The translations under genes and the position numbers were made by a program. The notes beneath the pieces are model-generated. The model had not been told where the DNA came from, made no database searches, and worked only from the letters and a program-made list of their open reading frames with translations. A stretch of DNA of 64,000 nucleotides from an uncultured Alphaproteobacteria bacterium (GTDB lineage Bacteria > Pseudomonadota > Alphaproteobacteria > Rhizobiales > Xanthobacteraceae), in the NCBI GenBank assembly GCA_963726865.1, contig CAVSEE010000025.1, positions 30,081-94,080 of the forward strand, in the 5' to 3' direction. Numbering within the stretch: the stretch's first letter is position 1; each line of letters opens with the position of its first letter. Of this stretch, positions 55,051 through 64,000 are shown in pieces.

Positions 55051-56409
55051 ATGAGTAGCCCGAAGACCGTTGCAATCGTCGGCGCCGGCCCCGTCGGGCT
55101 TGCCGCCGCCGCGCATGTGCTCGAACGCGGCATGACCCCGATCGTGCTGGAAGCCGGTGACAGTGCCGCGCATGCAGTCCGGCAATGGGGCCACGTGCAG
55201 CTGTTCTCGCCCTGGGCGTACAGTATCGATCGCGCGGCCGAGCGGTTGCTCAAACCTACCGGGTGGAATTCGCCGGACCCGCAGCAATATCCGACCGGAG
55301 CGGAACTGGTGGAGCGCTATCTTGAGCCGCTCGCCACGCGAACCGCTCTGGCCCGTCACATCCGCACGTCCAGTCGCGTCACCGACATCAGCCGCGTCGG
55401 CTTTGACAAGCTGAAGAGCCAGGGGCGCGAGAACGCGCCGTTCGAGATCAGGTATCAAAACGGAAAAGGCCCCGAAGTCCTGCGCGCCGATGCCGTGATC
55501 GACGTCTCCGGCACATGGCATTCGCCCAATCCCGCCGGCGCCAACGGTCTCCCCGCCATCGGAGAAAGAGCCGCGAAAAGCCGCATCGCCTATGGTATGC
55601 CCGACGTTCTCGGCAAGGAGCGCGCACGCTATGCCGGCAAGACGGTAGCCGTGCTCGGCGCGGGACATTCCGCGATCGGCACACTGATCGAGCTGGCGCG
55701 GCTCGCCGAACAGGCGCCGCAGACGCGGCCGGTCTGGCTGCTGCGCGGCAACGATCCGGCCAAGGCGTTCGGGGGCGGCGTCAACGACAAGCTCGTCGCA
55801 CGCGGCGAACTGGGCAGCGCCTTTGCGCAGCTCGTTGCAGAGGGCAAGATCGGGCTCGAACGCGAGTTTCGCGTCTCCCATATCGCACCCGATGGCGACC
55901 GTCTCATCGTCGGCGCGGACGCCGGCGCGCGGCAGGTCACGGTCGACGAGCTGATCGTCGCGACGGGTTTTCGGCCCGAATTCGATTTCCTGCGCGAACT
56001 TCGCATCGAACTCGATCCAACCGTCGAAAGCCCGGTGCCGCTCGCACCGCTGATCGATCCCAACCTGCACAGTTGCGGCACGGTGAGGCCGCATGGCGCG
56101 CGCGAGCTGGCGCAGCCGGAGCCCAACTTCTATTTCGCCGGGATGAAGTCCTATGGCCGCGCGCCGACGTTCCTGATGTTGACCGGTTACGAACAGGTGC
56201 GCTCGATCGCGGCTGACATTGCCGGTGACAAGGCGGCCGCCGGACGCGTCGAACTGGTGCTGCCGGAGACCGGCGTCTGCACCCGCTCGGCCGCACCCAC
56301 CAGCGCCAGCCAGTGCTGCGGCGGTCCGGCGCCGTCCAGTGTTGACGCCTGTTGCGCCGACGATGCAAAAGCCAAACAACAAGGAAAGGCCGGTTGCGGA
56401 TGCGGATAA
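55051..56409 (+). CDS. Flavin-dependent monooxygenase, ArsO/ArsV-like, with Cys-rich tail
   Basis: VGAGPVG FAD motif, WGHVQLFSPW, LGAGHSA, HSCGTV.PHG, GMKSYGRAPTFL; tail CC...CC...CGCG. Confidence 0.87.
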   Translation: MSSPKTVAIVGAGPVGLAAAAHVLERGMTPIVLEAGDSAAHAVRQWGHVQLFSPWAYSIDRAAERLLKPTGWNSPDPQQYPTGAELVERYLEPLATRTALARHIRTSSRVTDISRVGFDKLKSQGRENAPFEIRYQNGKGPEVLRADAVIDVSGTWHSPNPAGANGLPAIGERAAKSRIAYGMPDVLGKERARYAGKTVAVLGAGHSAIGTLIELARLAEQAPQTRPVWLLRGNDPAKAFGGGVNDKLVARGELGSAFAQLVAEGKIGLEREFRVSHIAPDGDRLIVGADAGARQVTVDELIVATGFRPEFDFLRELRIELDPTVESPVPLAPLIDPNLHSCGTVRPHGARELAQPEPNFYFAGMKSYGRAPTFLMLTGYEQVRSIAADIAGDKAAAGRVELVLPETGVCTRSAAPTSASQCCGGPAPSSVDACCADDAKAKQQGKAGCGCG

Positions 56410-56469
56410 CGCGTTCCCATCGGATCGGGTGAGACCATCAGGCTGGAAGGAAAACCCGTTATCGTCGCG

Positions 56470-57639
56470 ATGTGCGTGGGGCAGCTGGGGAGCCTGCTGC
56501 CGCACGTCGTCGTGCCCGCGCTGCTCGCCGGATTCCTGATTCCGGAGTGGCATCTGTCGGGCGCGCAGGCCGGGCTGTTGTCCGGCTCGGGCGCGGCCGG
56601 CTACATGCTGGCCGTGCCGGTGCTGGCGACGCTCACCGACCGGATCGACGCGCGCAAGATCCTGATCGTGGGATCGGCGGTGACTGCATTCGGCACCGTG
56701 CTGTTCGGCCTGTTTGCGTCAGGGCTGTGGTCGGGCGCGCTGTGCAACGCCGTCGCCGGCATCGGCTTCGCCGGCGCCTACATGCCCGGGCTGAAAGCGT
56801 TGACCGATCGGCTCGCGCCCGGCGATTCCTCGCGCGCGGTCACGCTCTACACATCGAGTTTCTCGGTCGGCGTCGGGCTGTCGTTTCTGGTGGCCCAACT
56901 CGTCGCCGAAAATCTCGGCTGGCGTGCTGCATTTCTGGTGACAGCGATCGGACCGCTGGTGATGCTGACGGTGAGCGCGCTGTTGAAGCCGGTCGAGCCA
57001 AAGCCGACGTCGGGACGCCTGCTGAACTTCGCGCCGGTCCTGCGCAACACCAGCGCGATGGGATTTGTGCTCGGCTATGGCGCGCATTGCTTCGAGCTCT
57101 ACGGCATAAGGACCTGGATCGTTGCGTTCTGGACCTTTGTGGTCGCGCGGCACCCGTCCGAGCTGTCGCCGCTGATCGTGAGCTTCGTCTTCTCCATCCT
57201 GGCGATGCCCGCAAGCATCCTCGGCAACGAACTTGCGCTGAAGCTCGGGCGGCATCGCGCCATCACGGCCGTCATGTTCGCCTCGGGCGCGGTTGCGCTG
57301 CTGATCGGACTGATGTCGGATCAATCGCCCTGGGTGCTGATCGCTCTCCTGCTGGTCTATGCGCTGACGGTGCCGGCCGATTCCGGCGCGCTGACGTCGG
57401 GCATGACCATGGCCGCCGATCCGGCCAACCGCGGCGCCACCATGGCGCTGCATTCGACCGTCGGCTTCAGCCTGTCCGCACTGGGCGCATGGGCGCTCGG
57501 TGTCGCCCTCGATGCGGCCGGGGGACCCGCCAGCGCATCGGCCTGGACGACCGCCTTCTCAGTGCTCGCCTTCGGCATCCTGCTTGGACCGCTCGCGCTC
57601 TATTGGTCGCGAACGGCGGCAGCGCAGAACAGCGCCTGA
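56470..57639 (+). CDS. MFS transporter (true start probably slightly upstream)
   Basis: LTDRIDARK motif A, GAYMPGLKALTD, HCFELYG, DSGALT; about 12 TM segments. Confidence 0.87.
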   Translation: MCVGQLGSLLPHVVVPALLAGFLIPEWHLSGAQAGLLSGSGAAGYMLAVPVLATLTDRIDARKILIVGSAVTAFGTVLFGLFASGLWSGALCNAVAGIGFAGAYMPGLKALTDRLAPGDSSRAVTLYTSSFSVGVGLSFLVAQLVAENLGWRAAFLVTAIGPLVMLTVSALLKPVEPKPTSGRLLNFAPVLRNTSAMGFVLGYGAHCFELYGIRTWIVAFWTFVVARHPSELSPLIVSFVFSILAMPASILGNELALKLGRHRAITAVMFASGAVALLIGLMSDQSPWVLIALLLVYALTVPADSGALTSGMTMAADPANRGATMALHSTVGFSLSALGAWALGVALDAAGGPASASAWTTAFSVLAFGILLGPLALYWSRTAAAQNSA

Positions 57640-57649
57640 TCCCGCGCCG

Positions 57650-57868
57650 TCAGCGGAACATCATCATGGCTGCCGCCATGACGGCGATCATGACGGCTGC
57701 CATGATCGCCATGTGCCTCGGGTTGCCGAACATGTGCCGAACGAGCCTGAACCGCGCCCCTTCGGGCACGAGATCCATCCCGCAGGTCGGACAGGCGCCC
57801 GGCTTCGACTGGCGCACGTCCGGATGCATCGGACAGCTGTAGACGGCGGCATCTGGTCTATCGTCCAT
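57650..57868 (-). CDS. Small heavy-metal-binding-domain protein with Met-rich C-terminal TM segment
   Basis: YSCPMHP...PGACPTCGMDL; GGAGG RBS. Confidence 0.82.
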   Translation of the reverse strand: MDDRPDAAVYSCPMHPDVRQSKPGACPTCGMDLVPEGARFRLVRHMFGNPRHMAIMAAVMIAVMAAAMMMFR

Positions 57869-58196
57869 GGACACCTCCATTGGTCGCGGTATCTGGCGAT
57901 GAAGTCGTGCGCGCGTTGAGCCCGGCCATGAACTCGTCGAATTCGGTCTTGTCCCTGGCGGTCTCCACCCTCTCGGCGACATTCCGAAAATCCTTCTGTT
58001 CCTGATTCAGGTGCAGGATCTCGGCCGGATATTTCTCGAAAGGAAGAGTACTCTCAGGAATATCCGGGCTCGCGTGTGGGCCGGGACGGCAGCGCCCGTG
58101 CATGCCGCGCATCATGACAAACATGCCGGCCATGCACGCCAGCATCATCAGCGGTGCAAGAAGGAACCACGTCGTCGGCCAAAAGCTCCACCACAT
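57858..58196 (-). CDS. Met-rich membrane protein with DUF2852-like C-terminus
   Basis: LMMLACMAGMFVMMRGMHG; EQKDF...ARDKTEFDEFMA. Confidence 0.65.
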   Translation of the reverse strand: MWWSFWPTTWFLLAPLMMLACMAGMFVMMRGMHGRCRPGPHASPDIPESTLPFEKYPAEILHLNQEQKDFRNVAERVETARDKTEFDEFMAGLNARTTSSPDTATNGGVHGR

Positions 58197-58251
58197 GGCA
58201 AGGCTCCACTGCCGGGCACATGCAATGTTGGGCCATCGTACCGTTCGCGCA

Positions 58252-58265
58252 TTGATGCGGATCAA
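58252..58265. promoter_or_regulatory. FNR/FixK box
   Basis: Perfect TTGAT-GCGG-ATCAA, about 55 bp upstream of the ATG at 58196. Confidence 0.8.
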
Positions 58266-58366
58266 ATTTGCAGTCTGACGGCACGGGGGCCTGCGCGGCC
58301 GCAGGCACAGCTTCCCAAAAACAAGGCCGCGCGATGCGCGGCCTGTCGATCTGTTCGGAGGTGGCC

Positions 58367-60223
58367 TTAGTTGCACACCTCGGCGTTGACGACGTTACCA
58401 GGGCCGCCACCGCCGCGATATTCGATATGACAACCCTTCGCGACCGGACGGCAGTTATTCATGACGTCGCAAGTCATGCCGCCGCCACCACCGCCACCGG
58501 CGGCACGCTTGGCAACACCCGCACCAACCGCTCCCGGCATGCCCAAGCCATAGCTATTGCCCCTGGAGGTCGCCTGCGGGCGCTGCTGGGCAGGGCGATC
58601 CTGCTGATCGGTGTCACGCTTGGCCACCGGCTTCTTGTCGCGGCGCTTCTCGCACTCATTGTCGTCGTTGAGGTACGAGCCCTCGGCGCACACGATCTTG
58701 ATGCACGAATCGCCCTGGGCCTTGAAGCCGCGATCGCAGACCAGCGGGCAAACCCGCGCGGTCTTGGTCTTGATCGAGTCGAGCGCGTCGGTCGACGCCA
58801 GTTTGGTGTCCAGCTTCGTGTTGGCATAGCGGTTGAACAGCGACAGCGAACGCTGCGACGTCGTATTCCAGTTGCCGTCGGCTTCAGTCGAGAGACAGCC
58901 GACCCGGCGCAGTTCGGTCTGCACCGACTTGGTGACGTCGGCCTGCGGCGCACCGGTGCTGAGCGAGGCGAGGTTGGACTTGTTGTCGGCTGAGGCGGCA
59001 GGCGCAACGGCGGCGACCCTGGCGCCGACCTCGGCCGCCGACTTCTCGGCTTCGGCGCGCTTCTGCTCGGCAGCAGCGGCCTGGGCCTGGGCGACTTCCT
59101 TGGCATTCTCGGCCGCGATACGCGCCTGTTCGGCAGCCCTGGCGTCGGCCTCGGCCTTGGCTTGCGCCGCCTTCTGCGCACCCTCGGCGGCAAGACGCGA
59201 ACGCTCCTGCTCGGTCTGCCGCGCCTTTTCGGTGGCGGCCACGCGGGCTTCTTCGGCCGTGAGCTTCTCGAGCTGCAGCTTGGCGAGGCTCGCATAGAAG
59301 CCGTCGGGATACTGCGCGAGGAAAGCATTCAGCGCGGACTTGTTGCCGATCTGCAGCGCGAGCTCATAGTCGCGGCGCATGTCGGCCTGCGGGTTGGCGA
59401 CCGCGACCGGAGCTGCGGCGGCGGGCGCGGCAACCTTCGGCGCGGGCACCAGCGGCACGTCTTCGCCGCCGAGCGAACCGTAAACGAACGGCTCCTGGCG
59501 GTTGTTAGTGGTCTTCAGCACGTCGTCACGGACGTAGCCGAAGGCGCGGCGCACATCGAGGCCAGGCGTGGTGAGATGATGCGACAGCGCCACCGTGAAC
59601 GGGCTGTTGCTGCCGTCGCCGTCCGCCGCGGTGGAGCCCGCCTTCGCCGAATAGGCGATCAAGAGGTTCGGGCTGGTCGGCTCGATCTTGGCGAGGCCCT
59701 GGCCGATCGCGCGTGAGGCGACGGTGCGCTTCATGTTCTTGGAGAAGGGATTGTCACGGCAGGCGTCGAGGATGACCAGGCGCAGCTTCTTGGCGGGCTC
59801 GACGGCGATCAGCACGCGGTCGAGCGACAACGCCTCGTCATACACGTCGGTGTCGCGCTCCAGCTTGGCGTCGACCGGAATCAGATAGTTGCCGCCGTCC
59901 ACCTCGATGCCGTGGCCGGCGTAGTAGACGACGGCGATGTCGGCATCGCGCGCGCGGTCGGAAAAATCGCGCAACGCGCGGCGGGTGTCGGCCGCGGACA
60001 GGTCGTGGCGATTGTCGACCACGTCGAAGCCGGCATTCTTGAGCGTGGCGGCGACGGTGTTGCCGTCATTCACGGGATTGGGCAGCCGCGGCACATTCTG
60101 GTAGGCGGCGTTGCCGATCACCAGCGCGACGCGCTTCTCGGCAAAGGCCGGGCCTGCCGCCAGCAGCAGCGCTGCGGAGAGCAGGAATGAGTAGAATCTC
60201 GTACGTCCGAACAGGTTGGTCAT
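58367..60223 (-). CDS. Secreted caspase-family (C14) protease with coiled coil and Cys-rich/PG-binding-like tail
   Basis: Signal peptide; RVALVIGN, YYAGHG, LDACRDNP, QEPFVYGSL; VQTELRRVGC...DGNW. Confidence 0.88.
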   Translation of the reverse strand: MTNLFGRTRFYSFLLSAALLLAAGPAFAEKRVALVIGNAAYQNVPRLPNPVNDGNTVAATLKNAGFDVVDNRHDLSAADTRRALRDFSDRARDADIAVVYYAGHGIEVDGGNYLIPVDAKLERDTDVYDEALSLDRVLIAVEPAKKLRLVILDACRDNPFSKNMKRTVASRAIGQGLAKIEPTSPNLLIAYSAKAGSTAADGDGSNSPFTVALSHHLTTPGLDVRRAFGYVRDDVLKTTNNRQEPFVYGSLGGEDVPLVPAPKVAAPAAAAPVAVANPQADMRRDYELALQIGNKSALNAFLAQYPDGFYASLAKLQLEKLTAEEARVAATEKARQTEQERSRLAAEGAQKAAQAKAEADARAAEQARIAAENAKEVAQAQAAAAEQKRAEAEKSAAEVGARVAAVAPAASADNKSNLASLSTGAPQADVTKSVQTELRRVGCLSTEADGNWNTTSQRSLSLFNRYANTKLDTKLASTDALDSIKTKTARVCPLVCDRGFKAQGDSCIKIVCAEGSYLNDDNECEKRRDKKPVAKRDTDQQDRPAQQRPQATSRGNSYGLGMPGAVGAGVAKRAAGGGGGGGMTCDVMNNCRPVAKGCHIEYRGGGGPGNVVNAEVCN

Positions 60224-60411
60224 TGCGGCACCGGAAAACTGCATTTCTTGGTGCCCAGTCTAGCGATCGCCAGAACCGGGCTTTGTGAAGCCGGTCACCC
60301 CAAGGACAGACAAAGGGCGGACCCGCCTCCTCTTGGATTTAGTCCCCCGAACGCGCGGCGGGTTCGGCAAATAGCGCTTTGCTTTCCCTTCAGTTTTCCT
60401 TGAGACCCAGG

Positions 60412-60843
60412 CTATGTGATGTGGCCCACGTACTGCGGCAAATTGTCCGTAATCTCGTGCCAGGGCGCACGGGAACCGGCGAATATGTGCGCTTTCGGAC
60501 GGATCGAGGGCGGGTCGACCAGCGTGCCCATGGCGACATGGACGAACGTGCCATTTCGAACCACCGACCACAGCAGCGAACCGCAGTGCTTGCAGTGCAC
60601 ATCGTGCGGAGACGTCCCGGTCGCCTCGCCATAGATCAGCAGATCGTGATCGCCCCGCACAAGGCGCAGGCTGTCGCGTGAAATGCCGGCAAACGGCTTG
60701 AAGGCCGATCCGGTGGCGCGGCGGCAGTTCGAACAATGGCAGTTCAGCGCGTATTCGAACGCGTCCGGGACTTCGTAGGCCACAGCGCGGCAAAAGCATT
60801 CGCCGCGAAGAATACGAGCATTCGATTGTTCTGAAGACATCAT
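60412..60843 (-). CDS. GFA/CENP-V family zinc protein
   Basis: GECFC, CHCSNCRR, HCKHCGS and AHIF...RAPW motifs. Confidence 0.9.
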   Translation of the reverse strand: MMSSEQSNARILRGECFCRAVAYEVPDAFEYALNCHCSNCRRATGSAFKPFAGISRDSLRLVRGDHDLLIYGEATGTSPHDVHCKHCGSLLWSVVRNGTFVHVAMGTLVDPPSIRPKAHIFAGSRAPWHEITDNLPQYVGHIT

Positions 60844-60938
60844 CAAGCGATCCGACAAGGAATTGATCTCAGCCGATTGTAATTCATCGCTTGCCGGATA
60901 AATTCGGGCAAGAAAATTCGGACAAGGGAGGCCACGCC

Positions 60939-61313
60939 GTGAGTGCCGATCGTTCCACCGTCGAAGCCGTCGTGCAGAACTATTTCGATGCGCTGTATGA
61001 AGGCGATGCCGACAAGATGGGTACGGTGTTCGACGCCAGCGCCGATCTGCGCTGGGTCGAGAAGGGTCAGTTGCAGGTCCTGACCGTGCCGGACTGGCTC
61101 GACCGCATCCGCAAGCGTCCCTCCGGCAAGGCGGAAGGCAAGGCGCGCGAGGATTTCATCGTCACCATCGACCGCTCCGACGACAACACCGCCTTCATCA
61201 AGGTGCGCTGCCAGCTGCCGCCGCGCTATTTCACGGATTATCTGGTGGCGATGAAGCTGTCCGACGGCTGGCGGATCGTTTCGAAGTCGTATCGCTACGA
61301 TCTGAAGGAATGA
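60939..61313 (+). CDS. NTF2-like (lumazine-binding/SnoaL) protein
   Basis: VVQNYFDALYEGD, FTDYL, GWRIVSK; GGGAGG RBS before the GTG. Confidence 0.82.
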   Translation: MSADRSTVEAVVQNYFDALYEGDADKMGTVFDASADLRWVEKGQLQVLTVPDWLDRIRKRPSGKAEGKAREDFIVTIDRSDDNTAFIKVRCQLPPRYFTDYLVAMKLSDGWRIVSKSYRYDLKE

Positions 61314-61340
61314 GCAGCGTCGGGGCCAGCCGGAGGTCGA

Positions 61341-63575
61341 TTAGAATCCTATCCGGATGCCACCCTTCCCGGCGGCGCTGAAACTCTTGTCGCTCATCGC
61401 GGTGGCTTCAACACTGGTGTAAACACTGACATTGCTCTTCGGACGCCAATCGAGGCCAACATTGACCACACCGCCATAGGCCTCCCGGCTTCCGGGTGTA
61501 GTGAACGCGATGTTCTGCGCGAGCAGCACCGCACCGATCGTATTGTCTCCCAAACGTTGCAACGCGATGCCGGAGACATCGACGCTTGTCTTGAGTGTGC
61601 CGCCCAATGTTACCGGCCTTACGTTCGAGAACTCCACACCTAACCGTTCCTCGATATCACTGAGGTTACGCTTGCCCATCGTTAGTCCCTGCGCCGAACC
61701 AGCCTCCGTAAAGCCATCGAGCGTCCCGCCGACGTAGCGCACGCGTGCTTTCGGCGTAAAAACATTGTCGCCCATGAAAATCCGATAGCCGTAAGTGACG
61801 TCGGGGCTGATAAACCAGCCGTTATAGCCCGCCGTTGCGATCTCGAGGCCATTTGCCACAGTGTTGTTGGCGATCTGTCGCGTGCTGTTGCTGCTCAGAC
61901 CCCCGCCAAACAGCGCGAAATCGACATAATAATTTCGCTTGTCCCACCGGCCGTAGCCGCCGCCAAAAACGTAATCGCTATCGACTCTCTGAATGTTAAA
62001 GTCAACGCTAAGCCTGCTGTTGCCGCCGCCGGCAAACACGCCAAGCCGCAAATCCGGAGTAAACTGGCGATCCACGCCAAGCGCGCCGCCATATGCCGTA
62101 TCGGTCGCGCGCTGGATCGAACCGTTCTCCCACTGTCGCCGCTCTCCCCCGAAACCCGACGCCCAAACCACGGTATCGTAAACCGGTACAGCGAGAGCCG
62201 GTGCCTTGGCGTACATCGCGTTGGCATTCGATGGGTTAGTCCCTGTGCTGCTATACGCCATCGAGAGCGACGGGATTCCGGCAAAAGCCTCGCCCGCAAC
62301 TCCGATGCGGTTCGTCGCCTCGGGCGCAAATCCTGAAATGCCGCCGACGCCGCCGCCCGATACTGGCATCCCTTTGAAGCGGTCCTGCAACATCGAGGAC
62401 AGCGCACCGGTGAAGTACATCACCGAGCGGTCTTCCAGCGCGAGCACGGTCGGATCCAGCACGGCTACCCTGTTTCCGCTTACCGCAAACGGTGCACCAT
62501 TTGTGTTGATGGTGGCGCCCGCAAGGGTATTGAAGGTGAACAACCAGTTGCCCCCGACGAAATTCACCTTGTCGTTTACGCCGACCAGATTGATCGCGCC
62601 GATCACGCGGGATCCGACCACGTTGGTCAGCGTGTCGGGCCCTCCCGAAAACTGAATAGCCGGGTTGGGGCCGCCCACGATGAGCCCTAGGTTGGTGAGG
62701 CTGGTGCTGCCGCCAGCAAATGTCGCCAACTGGGCCCCCTGATAAATGGCACCGGAATTTGTCATCGTGGCGTTGCCGCCGGCAAAAGTCTGAACCTGGG
62801 CATATTGTGCGACGGTGCCGGAATTTATCAGCGTGGCGTTGCCACCGGCAAAGGTCTGGACATAGGTGTATTGTCCGATTGTCCCGGAGTTCGTCAGCGA
62901 GGCGTTGCCGCCGGCAAAGGTCTGCGCGTAGGCGTATTGTCCGATCGTCCCGGAATTTGTCATCGTGACGTCACCGCCGGCAAAGGTTTGCGCGTAGGCG
63001 TATGCTCCGATTGTCCCGGAGCTCGTCAGCGAGGCGTTGCCGCCAGCAAAGGTCTGCGCGTAAGCGTATTGTCCGATTGTTCCGGAATTCGTCATCGAGG
63101 CGTTGCCGCCGACAAAGGTCTGCGCGTAGGCGTACTGTCCGATTGTCCCGGAGTTCGTCAGCGTGGCGTTGCCGCCGGCAAAGGTCTGCGCATAGGCGTA
63201 CTGTCCGATTGTCCCGGAGTTCGTCAGCGTGGCGTTGCCGCCGGCAAAGGTCTGCGCGTAGGCGTATTGTGCGATCGTGCCGGAGTTTGTCAGCGAGGCA
63301 TCGCCGCCGGCATTAGTCTGAGAATTGACGTTGCCATTAACGGTGCCCGAATTTGCGGTCGTTGCCGTTCCGCCGGCAGCCGTGCTGTTGGTGAAACTTC
63401 CGCTGGTCCCGGTATTGGTACAGGATTTGTTGTCACCGTTCGATGTGCATACGAACTGGGCCAAAGCCGGCGAACTCGACCACAGCCCCGCTATCGTCAG
63501 GACAGTCAGGAACGCGCGGACGCGACGTCGGACGACCATCTGCCCATCTGTTGGAAGCACGTTTGTGGAAATCAT
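61341..63575 (-). CDS. Type Va autotransporter with repeat passenger domain (start 63575 or 63539)
   Basis: Signal ending ALA; repeat passenger; barrel starting VWASGFG and ending GIRIGF with a terminal Phe. Confidence 0.9.
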   Translation of the reverse strand: MISTNVLPTDGQMVVRRRVRAFLTVLTIAGLWSSSPALAQFVCTSNGDNKSCTNTGTSGSFTNSTAAGGTATTANSGTVNGNVNSQTNAGGDASLTNSGTIAQYAYAQTFAGGNATLTNSGTIGQYAYAQTFAGGNATLTNSGTIGQYAYAQTFVGGNASMTNSGTIGQYAYAQTFAGGNASLTSSGTIGAYAYAQTFAGGDVTMTNSGTIGQYAYAQTFAGGNASLTNSGTIGQYTYVQTFAGGNATLINSGTVAQYAQVQTFAGGNATMTNSGAIYQGAQLATFAGGSTSLTNLGLIVGGPNPAIQFSGGPDTLTNVVGSRVIGAINLVGVNDKVNFVGGNWLFTFNTLAGATINTNGAPFAVSGNRVAVLDPTVLALEDRSVMYFTGALSSMLQDRFKGMPVSGGGVGGISGFAPEATNRIGVAGEAFAGIPSLSMAYSSTGTNPSNANAMYAKAPALAVPVYDTVVWASGFGGERRQWENGSIQRATDTAYGGALGVDRQFTPDLRLGVFAGGGNSRLSVDFNIQRVDSDYVFGGGYGRWDKRNYYVDFALFGGGLSSNSTRQIANNTVANGLEIATAGYNGWFISPDVTYGYRIFMGDNVFTPKARVRYVGGTLDGFTEAGSAQGLTMGKRNLSDIEERLGVEFSNVRPVTLGGTLKTSVDVSGIALQRLGDNTIGAVLLAQNIAFTTPGSREAYGGVVNVGLDWRPKSNVSVYTSVEATAMSDKSFSAAGKGGIRIGF
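62715..63374 (-). repeat. Ten tandem 66-bp coding repeats (GGNASLTNSGTIGQYAYAQTFA)
   Basis: GG codon pairs recur exactly every 66 bp from 63374 to 62714. Confidence 0.95.
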
Positions 63576-64000
63576 TTTATGATCCGAATCCGAGCCAACA
63601 CTCCACAACAATCAACCCAGCTTCACCGGTCGCCCGGCAAGCACACAAGCAAAATGACCAGCAATTGGGAGATTGTCTGAACAAGTGACCAATCTACCAC
63701 ACGCGCGGCCGCCCGCGGCGGCTCGATAAATCGAGCAACGATTTCATATGTATAGCGTGACCTCCGTGTCGCTATTTGTCGACCACAGCAGGCTCGCCGA
63801 CTGTACTCGCCAATGTCAGCTTTCGCCGGGCAAGCGGACAGGAAGTGGAAGTGCGATTCTCGGATATATGAGTAGGACCTAATGCAAATCCTCCGCCATT
63901 CGCCGTGGATTGTTGCGGGTCATGCGGAGATTGTTATCCGACGCGCGTTCGCGCAGCCTTGGCCAACCGCTCTACTTCAGTGCCGCGCGCCAATTTATCG

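Noticed and set aside
62715-63374. Tandem repeats as a CRISPR array or DGR template
   Set aside because: The repeats are contiguous and in frame with mostly synonymous variation. There are no unique spacers and no cas or reverse transcriptase gene.
50744-64000. Accessory region as an integrative mobile element
   Set aside because: No integrase, transposase, tRNA target or flanking direct repeat is visible within the window.

Overview
GC-rich alphaproteobacterial chromosome segment whose gene content and intergenic repeats look like Bradyrhizobium (inference). About 16-50.7 kb is housekeeping core: accA, L,D-transpeptidase, secA, PPIase, argJ, mutT, comF, grxC, ubiG, lysC, ptsP, prfA-prmC, gloB, phaB-phaA/phaR, rpmF, mtgA, ispA. 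The left 16 kb holds an AsmA tail, a Cache-HAMP-GAF class III cyclase, Bug/TctC binding proteins, a lactonase, rlpA, a toxin-antitoxin pair, a pseudo-caspase and an unannotated 575-aa protein with a class II terpene-cyclase-like DxDTTA motif. The right 13 kb is accessory. It holds an arsenic/metalloid island with three ArsR regulators sharing an operator-like motif, a small Met/Cys-rich metal-binding gene pair behind a perfect FNR/FixK box, an intact secreted caspase-like protease and an autotransporter with ten 66-bp (22-aa) repeats. About 20 genes, including essential ones, carry single-base frameshifts; those I traced are +1 insertions, most likely long-read sequencing errors. I saw no rRNA, tRNA, CRISPR array or transposase. 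All product calls come from motif recognition by eye; no database search was run.
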